Assembly: GCA_010093815.1 (NCBI GenBank)
Contig: ML996574.1
DNA length: 64,000 bases
Origin: Pseudovirgaria hyperparasitica
Lineage: Eukaryota
Strand: one strand, 5' to 3'
The notes beneath the pieces are model-generated. The model saw only the letters and a list, made by a program, of their open reading frames with translations. It searched no databases and was not told the DNA's origin. How positions within the stretch are numbered: position 1 is the first letter of the stretch; every line of letters starts with the position of its first letter. Shown here in pieces: positions 38,773 through 50,293 of the stretch. A program made the translations under genes and the position numbers.

Positions 38773-40317
38773 GATGGCAAGGCGCTGTGCTGGAGTTCTA
38801 GCCGTGGCAGAGTTGCATTCAAGATGGGATTTCTAGCGCGATTCGGACCTTGGGGACGGGAACAGATATAGCGAGAGTGGAAATGACAGTATCAAGTGCG
38901 TGTAAGTGCGAGTATATCGAGCGTGTGCGAGTGCGAGTGTAAGAGTGGATGTGAGTGTGGCAGCGCTGGTAGTAATTAGTGGCCCTGGTGTCTGGCGTGT
39001 AAAGAAGGGTCTGTCTGTGCCTGGAAGCCCAGGCCAGTTCAAAATTGAAGGCGTAGTGATTAGAAGATGAAAGGATCTTCAAAAGAGTGGCGCAGGCGGA
39101 GACAAAAAGGAAAAAGCTGAAGAGCATGGATGTGCATCTGGATTCAAGAGTGCATATTGGGTGGTTGCGCCAATGTGGGTGCTCACAATTCATTCTGCTC
39201 GTTGATCCCACTAATCGATATTAATTAATTCTCACTCGTTAGGTCCAGTCCAGCTGTCCACGGCAGTCGCTCTCCAGTGCCCCGCCGCCGGCGCCTGCCT
39301 AAGGTAGCCTACAGTACTATATCTAGTAGTACTAAGCACCTCACGACGTTTCGGCCGACCCTACACCCCACTTTACATGGATCCATCCATGATGTTTACC
39401 TAGGTAAATCTGCTTCAGCCGCCGTATTGGAAAGCATCCCAGGGAACCCCATGTCAGAGACGGTCAATGTGAAGTTATCGAGTTGTGTTGTCAACTGTCA
39501 ACACACTTACCCCATAGTATCTTCGTCTACCGATAGAATAGACGCACTGCTCGGTCTGCACTCTGAGCACACTCTGAGCACACTCTACGGCAAACTCTTC
39601 ATCACCATACACACTCTTTCCAGCATCGTGTTACCATTGTCCTCCGCATCCAGCCAATCGCCTGTGATATCACTGTATCGGATGTCCGCTACCTGCTCAT
39701 CTCGCGCACGCTGGCTCAAAATCTCAAATTCCTATCGGCACGGTCGCTTATACGAGCTGTTACGTGTCATTTGCATGCCACCATATCGTTGATGGCTGTC
39801 CGTCTCCAGCCACCACAAGATTATCAAGCTCGCAGCCGGTTTCATGTCCGTCGTCGTTGTGTGGTCATGACAGAACTCCCCGCCATATGTCTGCAGCCTC
39901 CCAATCAACCTTCTAAGCACTCGGAAACATGTCTAATAGGGTCTGTGAGTATCATCTGGTCATTCTAGACAGCAAACAATCACTTCTGTGTGTCATCAAA
40001 ACGTATGTTGTGCGCACATGGTTAAGGTTTGTACCTATATACCTTATTAGCCCTTTCTACCCACTTACCATATCGGGTGATATTGGAGAATATCTGTTCC
40101 AACTTGTGCGTATTTACGGTTGAATCGGGCAGTCGGCTGGCGGTACGGTTACTCCTTCGGGCGGCCCGCAGTTCTATCGACTAGTGTAAATATAACAAAT
40201 CGTGCAGATCATCAGTCTATTATGACGTACTCATTATTCTCAGCGACAATGGGACTATAAGACTTCGCAATTCAGGCAGCTTCGTTCATATTCTGCCGTT
40301 CTCCGTATACATTTTAC

Positions 40318-41567
40318 TTAGAAGACGACGAACACCCCAGCGGCCACCAGCAGTAGCGCCGACAAGGTATGCTCACGTAGGGGCTCTGTCAATGATTCTC
40401 CATTCATATGCTCATGCTCATAGTCATGACTTTCTGGTCGCTCTGTTGAATTCGGGCTTGGGCCTGGAAGCGTAGTGGTAGAATCCATCGGCATCAAGTC
40501 CGTTACACCTTGCCCATTCTTGATGAACCCCTTTTCTTCCGCTGTGAGATGCGTCTTCCTATAATTTTTCCACATCCTTCTCATTCTTACCGCTTGGAGC
40601 TCAGTGAAGCCTTCACCTTGCAGACACCGATCATCCACATAATTCATGTAATTATGTAGATTATCTGGTCCACTCTTTTTGCACAGAGAGGGCTCTTTGT
40701 CTGGACAGCCACGTGTCGCAGCCCATTGCAACGGAGTATCAGAAATGAAATCCGCGTCTCTAGTACACGACGACGGGTCTCCAGTGCCGAATACATGGAG
40801 CAATCCGAACCAGTGTCCAATCTCGTGGACAGCGATGAGGCCTCCGGAGTAGTTGACAATACCATCCTTGTGTGGAAGTGTGCCGGTTTTGATGATGCAA
40901 ATATCGGCTAGGCGGTCTGCAATCTGTGAGCCGAGAGGCATGCAAGCCTGGTTCTCAATTAGAATTCGCCTTGACATTTATTGACAGACATACACCATAA
41001 GCTGTTCCCATGTGCTCAAGCTCTCTCACAAATAGCATGTTCAGTGCGGCCTCACTCCCTTTTCGTTCGATCTTTGCTGGCCAATCTTGGGCGCTGGCTA
41101 CGCTCGCGTAACTGGTACCGACGTAATACTGCGGCATGCTCGCGAGTAGGAAGTAAATTCCATGCGGATTGAATCGTTCATTCATGACACGAAGCTGGTA
41201 TAGCAGAGTTTTACGCTATAAGTTTTTAGCCAGTATACACCATCATTCCTCTTAGCAATTCCTGGCGTACGCTAACCCAGCCATCGGTTGAATCTTCACT
41301 TGACACGGCTACGTGGAAGTGGGTTGGGACAACGATGTCATCTTTTCCCAAGTGTCTCGATCTCAAATTTGTCTCATCGACCGACAACAATCCCAACCGA
41401 GGCATCACGGTACCACAGTATTGTCCGCCATCCGCGTTTGATTCGACAGAGAGTGCTGGCTTGACTGCTGAGTTTCCTAGTCTAAGTATATCTGCCTGGA
41501 CGAGCCGTTGGGCGAAGACAATGGCGAGGATCGATAAGCAGACGAATCGTGCCATTTCAGAAGCCAT
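40318..41567 (-). CDS. Secreted metalloprotease, M43/pappalysin (Mep1-like), with hydrophobic C-tail
   Basis: Signal peptide, CGT pro-motif, HEIGHWFGLLH zinc motif, DFISDTP, HNYMNY Met-turn; two introns. Confidence 0.85.
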
Positions 41568-42083
41568 CGGATTTTGTCTGTCTTAGAATGAATGCTCGAA
41601 TATCATATGTGATATGATATGAACGGGATAACAATGAGGACAGAGATGGACAGAGCTCAAGCCGTCCATCTGACAGCGTTTAGATAAAGAATAGGCCCAG
41701 GCCACTGGTAACAGAAATGAGACAATTGAGGTTCAGGATGTCGAGGGTAAGTCGTTCCTTCCAAGTAAGTCCTGAAGAGTCCGGATTACGCATCTAGCTC
41801 TAGGATGCTAGGTTATTAATAACCTCTGAGTCGTTTCAAGGATAACAGAATGAGACTAACAAGGAACATTTCAACAAGGCGACTTGAAAGACACTATCTC
41901 CATGGCGGCACATCCCGTAACTCGAGTCATGATCTCCAACCCGGAACAATTTGATTGAATGTGACGCCCGCTAAACCGAGGGTATTCGTGTACTTAAGCC
42001 CATATCCAAAGCGTGAACCGTAGACCATACGTCTCGCACAATATTATCACAAAAGAAACCAATCCGACCGCGTACGAGCGGGC

Positions 42084-43747
42084 TCAACGGCCTCTGACCT
42101 CTGCACCAAGCACACCTGCACTCGCCACTCCCAGTCCCCCGAGGACAAACAGCCCCCAGGCCAGCGCTGCACCTTCCGCCTCTTCGACGAGAGCTTCCTC
42201 GGTATGACTCTCCCCATGTGTGGTACTGGCAAGCTCTTCACTAGTGCCGCTGGGTGGCACATATGCCTCTCCTTCGTCCTCTTCATGCTCGAAAGACTTG
42301 CGCGATCGTGTACTTCGCTTACCATCATTGCTAGCGGTCGAAGATTTGCGAGGTCTTCCACGTGCTGTCCGCTTCGGCGAAATGGGCGGTGTAGAAGTAA
42401 TAACAGGTTCTTCTTCGTCGTTCTCGTTCTTGAAGTGAACGTGGTGGGAATCCTCTTTGTCGTTGGGCGTCGTAATGAAAGGTACAGCGCTACATTTTAG
42501 CATGTCAAACACATCAAGCCCGCGAACTATCGCCCAGACAGAGTAACTCAGTGCACTAAGTAGAACGTCCCACCCGATGACACTGACAGCGGGATGGTCA
42601 CTGAGAGCGTTAAGTAGACGAACGACGGCGGTTCGAGATCGTTCATATGTTGTGCGCTCCTGGTGCTCAAGCTTGCTCCAAACTCGATAGTATGTTGTAT
42701 GCGTACTTTCTGGAGTGTTGTCGATTATCGCCGTGACTGTGTGCTTGGCATGCAAGAGAAATGAAGCGATAGCGAACCAGTAAAATACTGAAGTAAAGGA
42801 GCGATGGGCAATTCGTGGGTCACGGTGCGTTGTTCCGAAGCGAGCGGGCGCCAACTGTAACGATTGTGAGCGCTTGCGCTACAAGTAAGGAATGGCCAGT
42901 CACTTACATGTATGCCAATTGCGAAGACCTGCGGCAAGATGAAAAAGCCAACCATAAGAGTTCTTATCACATTGAGGTCGTTGGCATAGTTTGGCAGGAC
43001 GTCGAGAAGGACGAGCGACGCGATAATGGGTGCAATGTATACTCCTGGATGGGGAGTCCAGAGGGAGCTTCTTTGCGAAGTTGAGGAGAATGGCACCGGT
43101 GTCAGGAGAAGGCCAATGTAAAACAAATTCTGAGCAATACTGAGACCTACCAATTGTCCTAGAAGGACAAAGGCAAAAGTAAGAGTTTTAGGGAGGTGAC
43201 GTCGTCGGCCTAGGATGGTCAGTCGATCTTGCAGTGCAGCAATACTACAAAACATACCTTCAACTCCAACAAAGATGCTCCACCCAAGTAAACCAGTAAA
43301 CTGTTGCTGGGTCCACCAGAAACCGCGGCTTCTCGCTACAGCGACTTGAAAGCCATCACTGAGGATGTTCACGTCCTGAAACCATCTTCCTAGCTGTAGT
43401 CCACCTGTGATTCCATTCGTTCCACCGTACCATCCACTCCAAAGGCTATTGGGTATGGGTTCCTTGCTTTTCTGTGCCCATTCTTGGTACGAGATAGTAC
43501 GGGAACTGAGTGCGAAATGCGACACGATCAAGAAACTTAGAAGTGCCAGTCCAGCTAGTATAGTAATATCGCGCCGTCTCTGAGGGATTCTGGAACGCGT
43601 ATCTTGGGATGGCGGAAGCGCCTTGGATGCTACACGGAGCTTTGCAAAGATATAGACGAGCAGAGCACCGATTGATAAGGCTTGGCTTGTTAATGTAATA
43701 ATGGGTATCGCGTTTGAGTTGTTGACATCAGGCTCGACGGGCGCCAT
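42084..43747 (-). CDS. Uncharacterised fungal multi-pass membrane protein
   Basis: Many hydrophobic segments, FWWTQQ and DHPAVSVIGWDVLLS motifs, TPPISPKR..RGRPRK tail; introns 43257-43210 and 42907-42855. Confidence 0.8.
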
Positions 43748-44142
43748 ATCGTTGCGCGGGGTCCAGTAAGTACTGAACCGAAAGAATGGAATATGGTGGA
43801 CGTTGGGATGGAACATGCGCACTCTTCAAGCTCAAAAGGTTTGGCTTCCGACAACAAGGACACCTTTCATGTATCCAAGAGCTAGAGAGCGATTGTTGTG
43901 GGTAGTCCAACGCGCATGCGGTTGCGTTTCAACCTAGAGAAGGCGCGTCATCACAACCTTGGAACTAAGGTGACGAGGAGGCTTGAGCTCGGACCACTTC
44001 GAAACGATCAACAACAGTCCACAGCTCCTAACACGTTATGTATCTAAGCATACGGAGATTCGCAAGATACTTAGTACGCTCATTGCATGCTAGAAGCTCG
44101 GCGTCTAAGAGATCGTCTAAACAAACTCGTAGGGATGTCAAA

Positions 44143-44203
44143 ATCATCAACATCATCATTATCAACATCATCGTTATCAACATCATCATTATCAACATCA
44201 TAA
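44143..44203. repeat. 15-bp tandem repeat ATCAACATCATC(A/G)TT x~4
   Basis: Read directly; (ATC)n-derived higher-order unit. Confidence 0.8.
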
Positions 44204-44558
44204 TAGTTCTTCTCTTCCTCTACACGTCAACAAGTCACGAATGAGACTGACGCTGGCATCAAAAGTACAATCCTACTTAGGGCAAGACACTGCGGTTGTT
44301 ATGATAGGACATGTGGCGCTTAGCGAAGCAAGTATGCCCCCTTCTCACAGTTTAACACGTCCGAGCCACTAGATATAGATAATCTTTAAAATGAGGTAAT
44401 TGTAATAGAGAGACTTAAGACTCAATAGGAGACGAATAAGGTACTAGATAGCCCGTTTTCTTATTATGAGGGAAGTACCTCACTCAAAACTCAAGCCGTC
44501 AGCTCTCTCCGCTTGTCTCTCATTCTGATCTCTGCAGTTCTGCTTTTTCACTTTCTTC

Positions 44559-45305
44559 TTATTCGCACCCAACTTCACGCCTCTCTTGTTCAGAACAGAG
44601 ATACCCGATACTCCTCTTCAAAGACACCGTTCGACTAACCATCTCTGTGTTATCGTTATTCCTGCTTCCTTGTAATCCCCAAATAACTCCAACGACGGTG
44701 ATGGCCATTACAGCGATGAATACCGCAAATAACGCCCTTCGTCTCGCCGTCGTCCGCGTAAGCACGAACTTCTCAAATTTCTCATTCATTCGTAATTTAT
44801 GTTTCAAAGGTCCGCCTTCGAGACGGTTGATCGGGATTTGTGGACCAAGAGATGGGAGGGGAGAACGTATACGTGGAGATGAATGTTGGGCTCCTGGAAG
44901 TGCGGCTGCAATAGCAATGGAAGTACCAGAGGCGTACTGAGGTTTGTGAGAGATGTCGTAGAGCCTGTCTGTAGCAGATGTCAAGATTGACCTGCTCGAC
45001 GTATGCGTTGTGCAATGTGGCGGCGTTGGTGTGGGACATGACGGCGTAGGCAGTACTACGAGTGTAGTCTGCGCAATGTCGTCCTCTTTGAATTTTATTC
45101 TGTCCTTAGATGGTTGCTCGTGGCCATTCGCTCGATCTGCTTGTGTATCATCTTCGGATTGCCTCGAATTCGCTTCATGTTGACGTAGAAGCTCAACTTC
45201 ATCGCCAGACTCTGTCTGTGTACGAATAGTGTCATGACTTTCTCGTTCTCCGGGAGAAAGCGTACTGGAGAGAGAAAATCGACACTCTTGAGTTTGATCG
45301 GCCAT
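44559..45305 (-). CDS. Orphan protein with single C-proximal TM helix
   Basis: 248-aa ATG-started ORF; disordered N-terminus then RRR-ALFAVFIAVMAITVVGVIWGL; no family recognised. Confidence 0.55.
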   Translation of the reverse strand: MADQTQECRFSLSSTLSPGERESHDTIRTQTESGDEVELLRQHEANSRQSEDDTQADRANGHEQPSKDRIKFKEDDIAQTTLVVLPTPSCPTPTPPHCTTHTSSRSILTSATDRLYDISHKPQYASGTSIAIAAALPGAQHSSPRIRSPLPSLGPQIPINRLEGGPLKHKLRMNEKFEKFVLTRTTARRRALFAVFIAVMAITVVGVIWGLQGSRNNDNTEMVSRTVSLKRSIGYLCSEQERREVGCE

Positions 45306-45786
45306 TGGGACAAGGAGATTGTGCGGGATCTAGGTGAAGTAAAGTGAAGACGCTTGTGGGCTAAGGCTACAAGTAGAAATGGAGGAAGTAGTGCTGGGAA
45401 CTGTAACGAAGGAACAAATGAGAATTGTGGTCGTGCCTGCCAACCTCTTAAAAGACTTTCGAAGATCTATATATGATATAGACAACGAGAGAAACAAGCA
45501 AAGATATATCTCCTGTGAAGCATCATCTTCACAGAAACACTAGCATAGCCCTTACCTCCAACAGACATCAAAGCTATAGTTGTCACGATACAAGATACTA
45601 GAATAAAACTCCAAAAAATCATGGGTTTCTAGACTACCACACATAATGTGCCCTCACCCTGAACCTATCCCATGAATAAACTGTGGCGTCGTGGTCCGAC
45701 ATACGCTTGTGGCGCCCCCTCTCCGGTGCAGTAGGGCTAAGGTATTCATACGAACTCTGCTCAGTTTTGGGCAACGCAAACCATAC

Positions 45787-45881
45787 GGCTCGAGTGAGAC
45801 TCGAACTCCTGACCTAAATCAGACCTGATAAAGAGGTGCATGGTCGCTACTAAACGGGTGCTATCCAACTGGGAATCAACC
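45787..45881 (-). pseudogene. Degenerate tRNA-like sequence (tRNA pseudogene or SINE head)
   Basis: A-box-like CCCAGTTGGATAGCAC, variable loop plus B-box AGGTC-AGGAGTTCGAGTCTC, partial GGTT../..AGCC acceptor pairing. Stems are broken and there is no T-run terminator. Confidence 0.45.
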
Positions 45882-46256
45882 GGGATGGGTAATAAAATCA
45901 CCGTCACGTCGCTAGTGCCAACTTTTTATAGAATTAATTAATTAATAAAGGGTAGTTTCTGAGCGTAGCAAGACTGGCGATTGCAGACGTACCAGGTACG
46001 TGGGTGTGTTGCGTTTAGCAAGTGAACAGCGCTAAGGGATGGACCCACTTGTAGTTGTTCACGTTTCGAGCAATGGTAATTTGAAATTGTCATTCATTGA
46101 TCTTAGTAATAGGATAGTCGCTTATCCCTGTCTTAGTAGAGATTGCTCTTTCACTCCAAAATCTCGCTCTACATATGATGCCGTGCTCAACTTTCTATAA
46201 TTATACCAAATTGGTCAACAGCGTGTTTCAAAACCAAACTCAAATTAACGTGATCG

Positions 46257-48485
46257 TCACCTGCTGTATTGACCAGGCTTCTGTGACAGCTCGTTGTAAG
46301 CACTGGTGACCAGCCCCGACAGCTCTTTATACGACATAATCGCAATATGCTCGTTGTCACGAGACGTCAGCATGATCTTCTCGTCCACGCCAGCGTCGAG
46401 TTTGTTCAGGCATGTTATTACATGGCCAATGTCAAGCGAAGGGCGATTATCACTGTCCACTTGATGGAAAACATAATCCCTAAAGAGCTTCAGTGGATAG
46501 CGAGCCCCCGATTCTGACCACTTCGGATCTCTATCGTACTCTGTTCGCTCGTTGATCATGCCAAGTTTCGTCATCAGGCGAACGAGCCGCCCATTTTCCA
46601 CTTCAGCGCCAAGTAGGGAAGTGATTCTATCTTCTGCGTGTAGAGCACTGCTCAACGTCGATGTAATCTCGGGTGTGATCGCCCGAAGAAATGACAGGAT
46701 ATCATAGGATTGAAGAGCCTCGGGACTGACATCCGAGGGGCCTTGAACTAGCCAACGGACAACGTCCTGGAGACGAGGTGAGAAGTTCCTGTTTTGGCTG
46801 AATTGAGATAGAGCATTCAAGACCTGACCATTTTGAACATTTGGGGTATTAAAAACACTGATCGGCTGACCAAGACCGATTGATAGGATGAGCACGCCAA
46901 ATCGGCGTATATCTTCACTCTGATGTGCCTCTAGGCTTTGTGCCACATTGGAATCGCCTTGAGTGACATCTAGGATACCACATCCATTGATCCGAACTCG
47001 ATTCTGAGAGGTAAGTAGGATCTTACTGGGAGTGATGACGCGAGCTGCCAGACCAAGCGCGTGAATATCTTTCAAGGCATTCGAGATTTGCACGATGTAG
47101 CCCCATAACACGCTTTCGGTTGGAATATCTCTGTTCCTTCGATTCGCGGACGGTAAGTGGATGGCTAACGATTGCGTTAGAGGGTGATAGTCTGTAACGA
47201 CGATGAACGATCCATCACCAAAAGCTCTGGTGGTGAACATCTTATGTATGCCAACGACGTTTGGGTTGATAATCTTTTTCCACGAATTGACGATCTCTTT
47301 CACATTGACTGTGTCAAAAAGGGAAAAGTTCTCCAAACGGCGTATGGCGTAAGGCTTGCCGTCATCTTTGTCTATAGCTTTGAAAACGAAAGACTTGTAG
47401 CCAAATATGGGCGCAGACTTTGAACTACTCATTGGGAGTGGCACGAGAGAATGGTAATTTTCGACCGCTAGAGCATTTGATGATCCCCCAGGGAGAGTTT
47501 GGGCACAGGCATCCATCTTCTTCGACAGTTCTTCTCTCAAGTTGTTCGAAATGAAGAACTCATGAACGCTTTTCTGATACGCCGGTCGAGGCGGTAGATA
47601 GTCGGGTGCTGGGAAGTAGTGATGCCAATTAGGCTGAAACGCATTTACGTTTTGGTAGAATCCAGCTTGTGCCGCTTGTGCTGCGGCTGCGCTTTGCGAA
47701 TAGGGATCCAATGACATCTGGCTGGCAGCCCCGGAAAGCCCGGTCATGGGTGAGTTTGAGTTATAGGTGTCGTAGTTCAAGGCCATTGCGGCACTTGGAT
47801 CCATCTGATATTGAGAGTCATAAGCGCCAGCCGAGTAGTCCACATAATCTTGTGATTGGTGTGACTGTGAGGGTACGAACTCTTGTGATACATCCTTGCT
47901 CAGTGTTGAAGGGGCTATAGGCTGCACGTTTTGAGATTTTGGTGTGAAAATGGCGGCGTTCAACGCTTTCGGGGAGATGGTCGCGTTCCTGGGTGTGGAT
48001 GAAGCACCATTGGCTGAAAGCTGCAGATTTGTCGTCGATTGCAGAGGAGTTGGCTGAAAAGCTGGCGAGTCGGCATTGAATTTCTTCTTGCTGTCATTCT
48101 GCGAGCCTGATGAGCTGATCTTAGCACGGTCATGCTGGAAGTTACAGCCGCTATTTTCATATCGGCAGTGACCATAGATCACCACATTGCGACATAATGT
48201 ATGCTTGGCATCTGGGTAAAGATAATAAGTAGGTGTAATGGTGGATGGGTGTGAATAGATACTCGCACGAGAATGCTTGCATTGTGTAAGGCATTTGCAT
48301 AAAATAATCGAATCGCAATGCAGGGCATTGACAGCTTGTTCAGAGTAGTTGTACATGACTGATAGTAAGAGAGTTCAAAGATCACGGTGTATGAGAAAAC
48401 GATACTTACCTCGACCTCCTTGTTGTCTGTTAGGCCGGGGAGATGACACTCCCCTCCCACCAGATGGGCTTCCGGAAGTGGACAT
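46257..48485 (-). CDS. PAN3: PAN2-PAN3 deadenylase subunit Pan3
   Basis: CCCH finger CRNVVIYGHCRYENSGCNFQH, PAM2-like KFNADSPAFQP, pseudokinase, ENGRLVRLMTKLGMINER, WSESGARY, KLFRDYVFHQV; intron 48409-48212. Confidence 0.95.
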
Positions 48486-48639
48486 GGAATGTCTGCCTGG
48501 AGGAGATCGATGGCGCGCGACGTACTGAGCCTGAGTAAGGTCAAACGATTGAGGGGGCAAGGGTTTGGAGGACGATAGCTCGTGTGGGATTTTCTATAAT
48601 AATTTTAGGATAACGTTTTGGAAGTGATTTGCGTCGAGA

Positions 48640-49764
48640 TCAAGGACGAAGACTTGCTCTCGATACACTTCTCACTTGATTCAGTTCCGCGGGAAACCTT
48701 GCTCCTGGGTCACCTGAGCCAGGTATGTAAGCTTGCCAAAACAATGGATCGATTCCCTGACGCTGCTGGGGCCTCCTATCAGGGAGTACTGGAGTAGGTA
48801 TAGGCGGCCCTTGATGTACAGGTGTTGGTCTAGATGTCGAGTTTGATATTAGGTTCAATTGTGGTTCTGGCGTTGTTCCTGAGCCTAAGTGCAGGTTCGG
48901 TCCTAGCTTTAGAGGAGGCGACGATTTGGAGAGACTCTTCAGTGTCGATAGCTCACTAAGCGCTATGATATCGTCTGGCGACGTGGGCGTCTTCGTGGTA
49001 TCCGTGTAGGTAAGCGAGGGAATAGAGGAAGTAAGTTGCTGTAATGTATCTGAGAAACCCTCAGAGCGACCTCCCTTACTAGTCAACTTGGTATCTACCG
49101 GTACGTCAAGTGATAGTATAGGCTTCTTTGGCTCAGGAGAAATGGGCAATGGGTCTCTGGATTCAGACGCGACAAACTTGACTTGTGGAATCTCGGCTTC
49201 AAAAAATAGAGAACGCTTATCAGCAAGCTTTAAACCAAGCAGTAGGACGTGTTTTGCACGCCTTGCAAGATCAACGTAGTTTCTAGCGCAGGACGACGTG
49301 CGAGATGACTTTGACTGTTGCGGCGTTGTCGAAGGCTGCACGGCAGAGTGATGCTTGTGTTTCTGCGCGATATCAATAGAGTCTCCGCGGCTTTGCACTC
49401 CTACAGATTCTTCAGGTTTCGGACGCCTGATGTTGTACACCTTGCTGTAATCCAACTCAAAGATTTTGTATTTATGTTTCCGCCCGAGGTACCTCCTTGG
49501 TGTCTTCTCAACCCCGGCCACTTTCTCCAATTGTTCCGCTTGCAGTCGCGTTGGATCCGGGCTCAATTTCTCAGGTAGACTGGTGGTCTGAAACGATTCA
49601 ATGGGTTCGGGAGGGGACTGCGTTTCAGTTGTTTTTGCGGCGGCTGGTGGGTCACCAAACGGCAGTGGTTCTTCCGGGTCTGAATACAATGTTCTAGGTA
49701 TGTGTGGTTGTGTCGCTTTCAGGAGCCGGCTCCCGAAATCTCCTGCCTGAATCCTGCTTTGCAT
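48640..49764 (-). CDS. Hypothetical Pro/Ser/Thr-rich protein
   Basis: 374-aa uninterrupted ATG ORF between PAN3 and UBX; no recognisable domain. Confidence 0.55.
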   Translation of the reverse strand: MQSRIQAGDFGSRLLKATQPHIPRTLYSDPEEPLPFGDPPAAAKTTETQSPPEPIESFQTTSLPEKLSPDPTRLQAEQLEKVAGVEKTPRRYLGRKHKYKIFELDYSKVYNIRRPKPEESVGVQSRGDSIDIAQKHKHHSAVQPSTTPQQSKSSRTSSCARNYVDLARRAKHVLLLGLKLADKRSLFFEAEIPQVKFVASESRDPLPISPEPKKPILSLDVPVDTKLTSKGGRSEGFSDTLQQLTSSIPSLTYTDTTKTPTSPDDIIALSELSTLKSLSKSSPPLKLGPNLHLGSGTTPEPQLNLISNSTSRPTPVHQGPPIPTPVLPDRRPQQRQGIDPLFWQAYIPGSGDPGARFPAELNQVRSVSRASLRP

Positions 49765-50293
49765 CAGTAATAATGTCGGTATAGATAGTATCTTTCGTAT
49801 ATAGTTATAGTTGGGAAAGGCTCACGATTACGGATTGGAACTTGTAGTCCCCCCGAAGCCCAGCGAGGGCAGTAGCAGCATACTCTATGGCAGCAATGTC
49901 TCGCAATCAAGGGACAGAGCAGTGCGCAGAGTCGCGCCGTGCGTAATTGTGAGGAGGAAGAGAATGAGGGAAGCAAGAGAGATCGCGGTCCCGTTCGGGG
50001 TTGCAGATGCTGTGATCAAGACTGCGGTAGCGGGATGATAGTTACGCGGCTGGTAGGTGAGTGATACGAGACAGCGATTCTGCCACCGCCTTCGGGCTCA
50101 CATCCACTAAACTCCATGGCCCTGGTGTGACATAACCACGGACACAGTTTAAAGGTTTCGTTGACACAATAAGCTTCATGCTGCTACAGATACAGGACTG
50201 CTAGATACTCTCATCTTTGTGTGTCCGTCTTCTTGTTTCGTAACTTTGCGATCTATCTCTTCTAATGCCTCTTCACCAACCTCGGACGCAACT

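Noticed and set aside
20632..48485. RNA-metabolism gene cluster (RdRP, TCTP, RPS25, PAN3)
   Set aside because: The genes are interspersed with unrelated housekeeping genes; ordinary gene order explains it.
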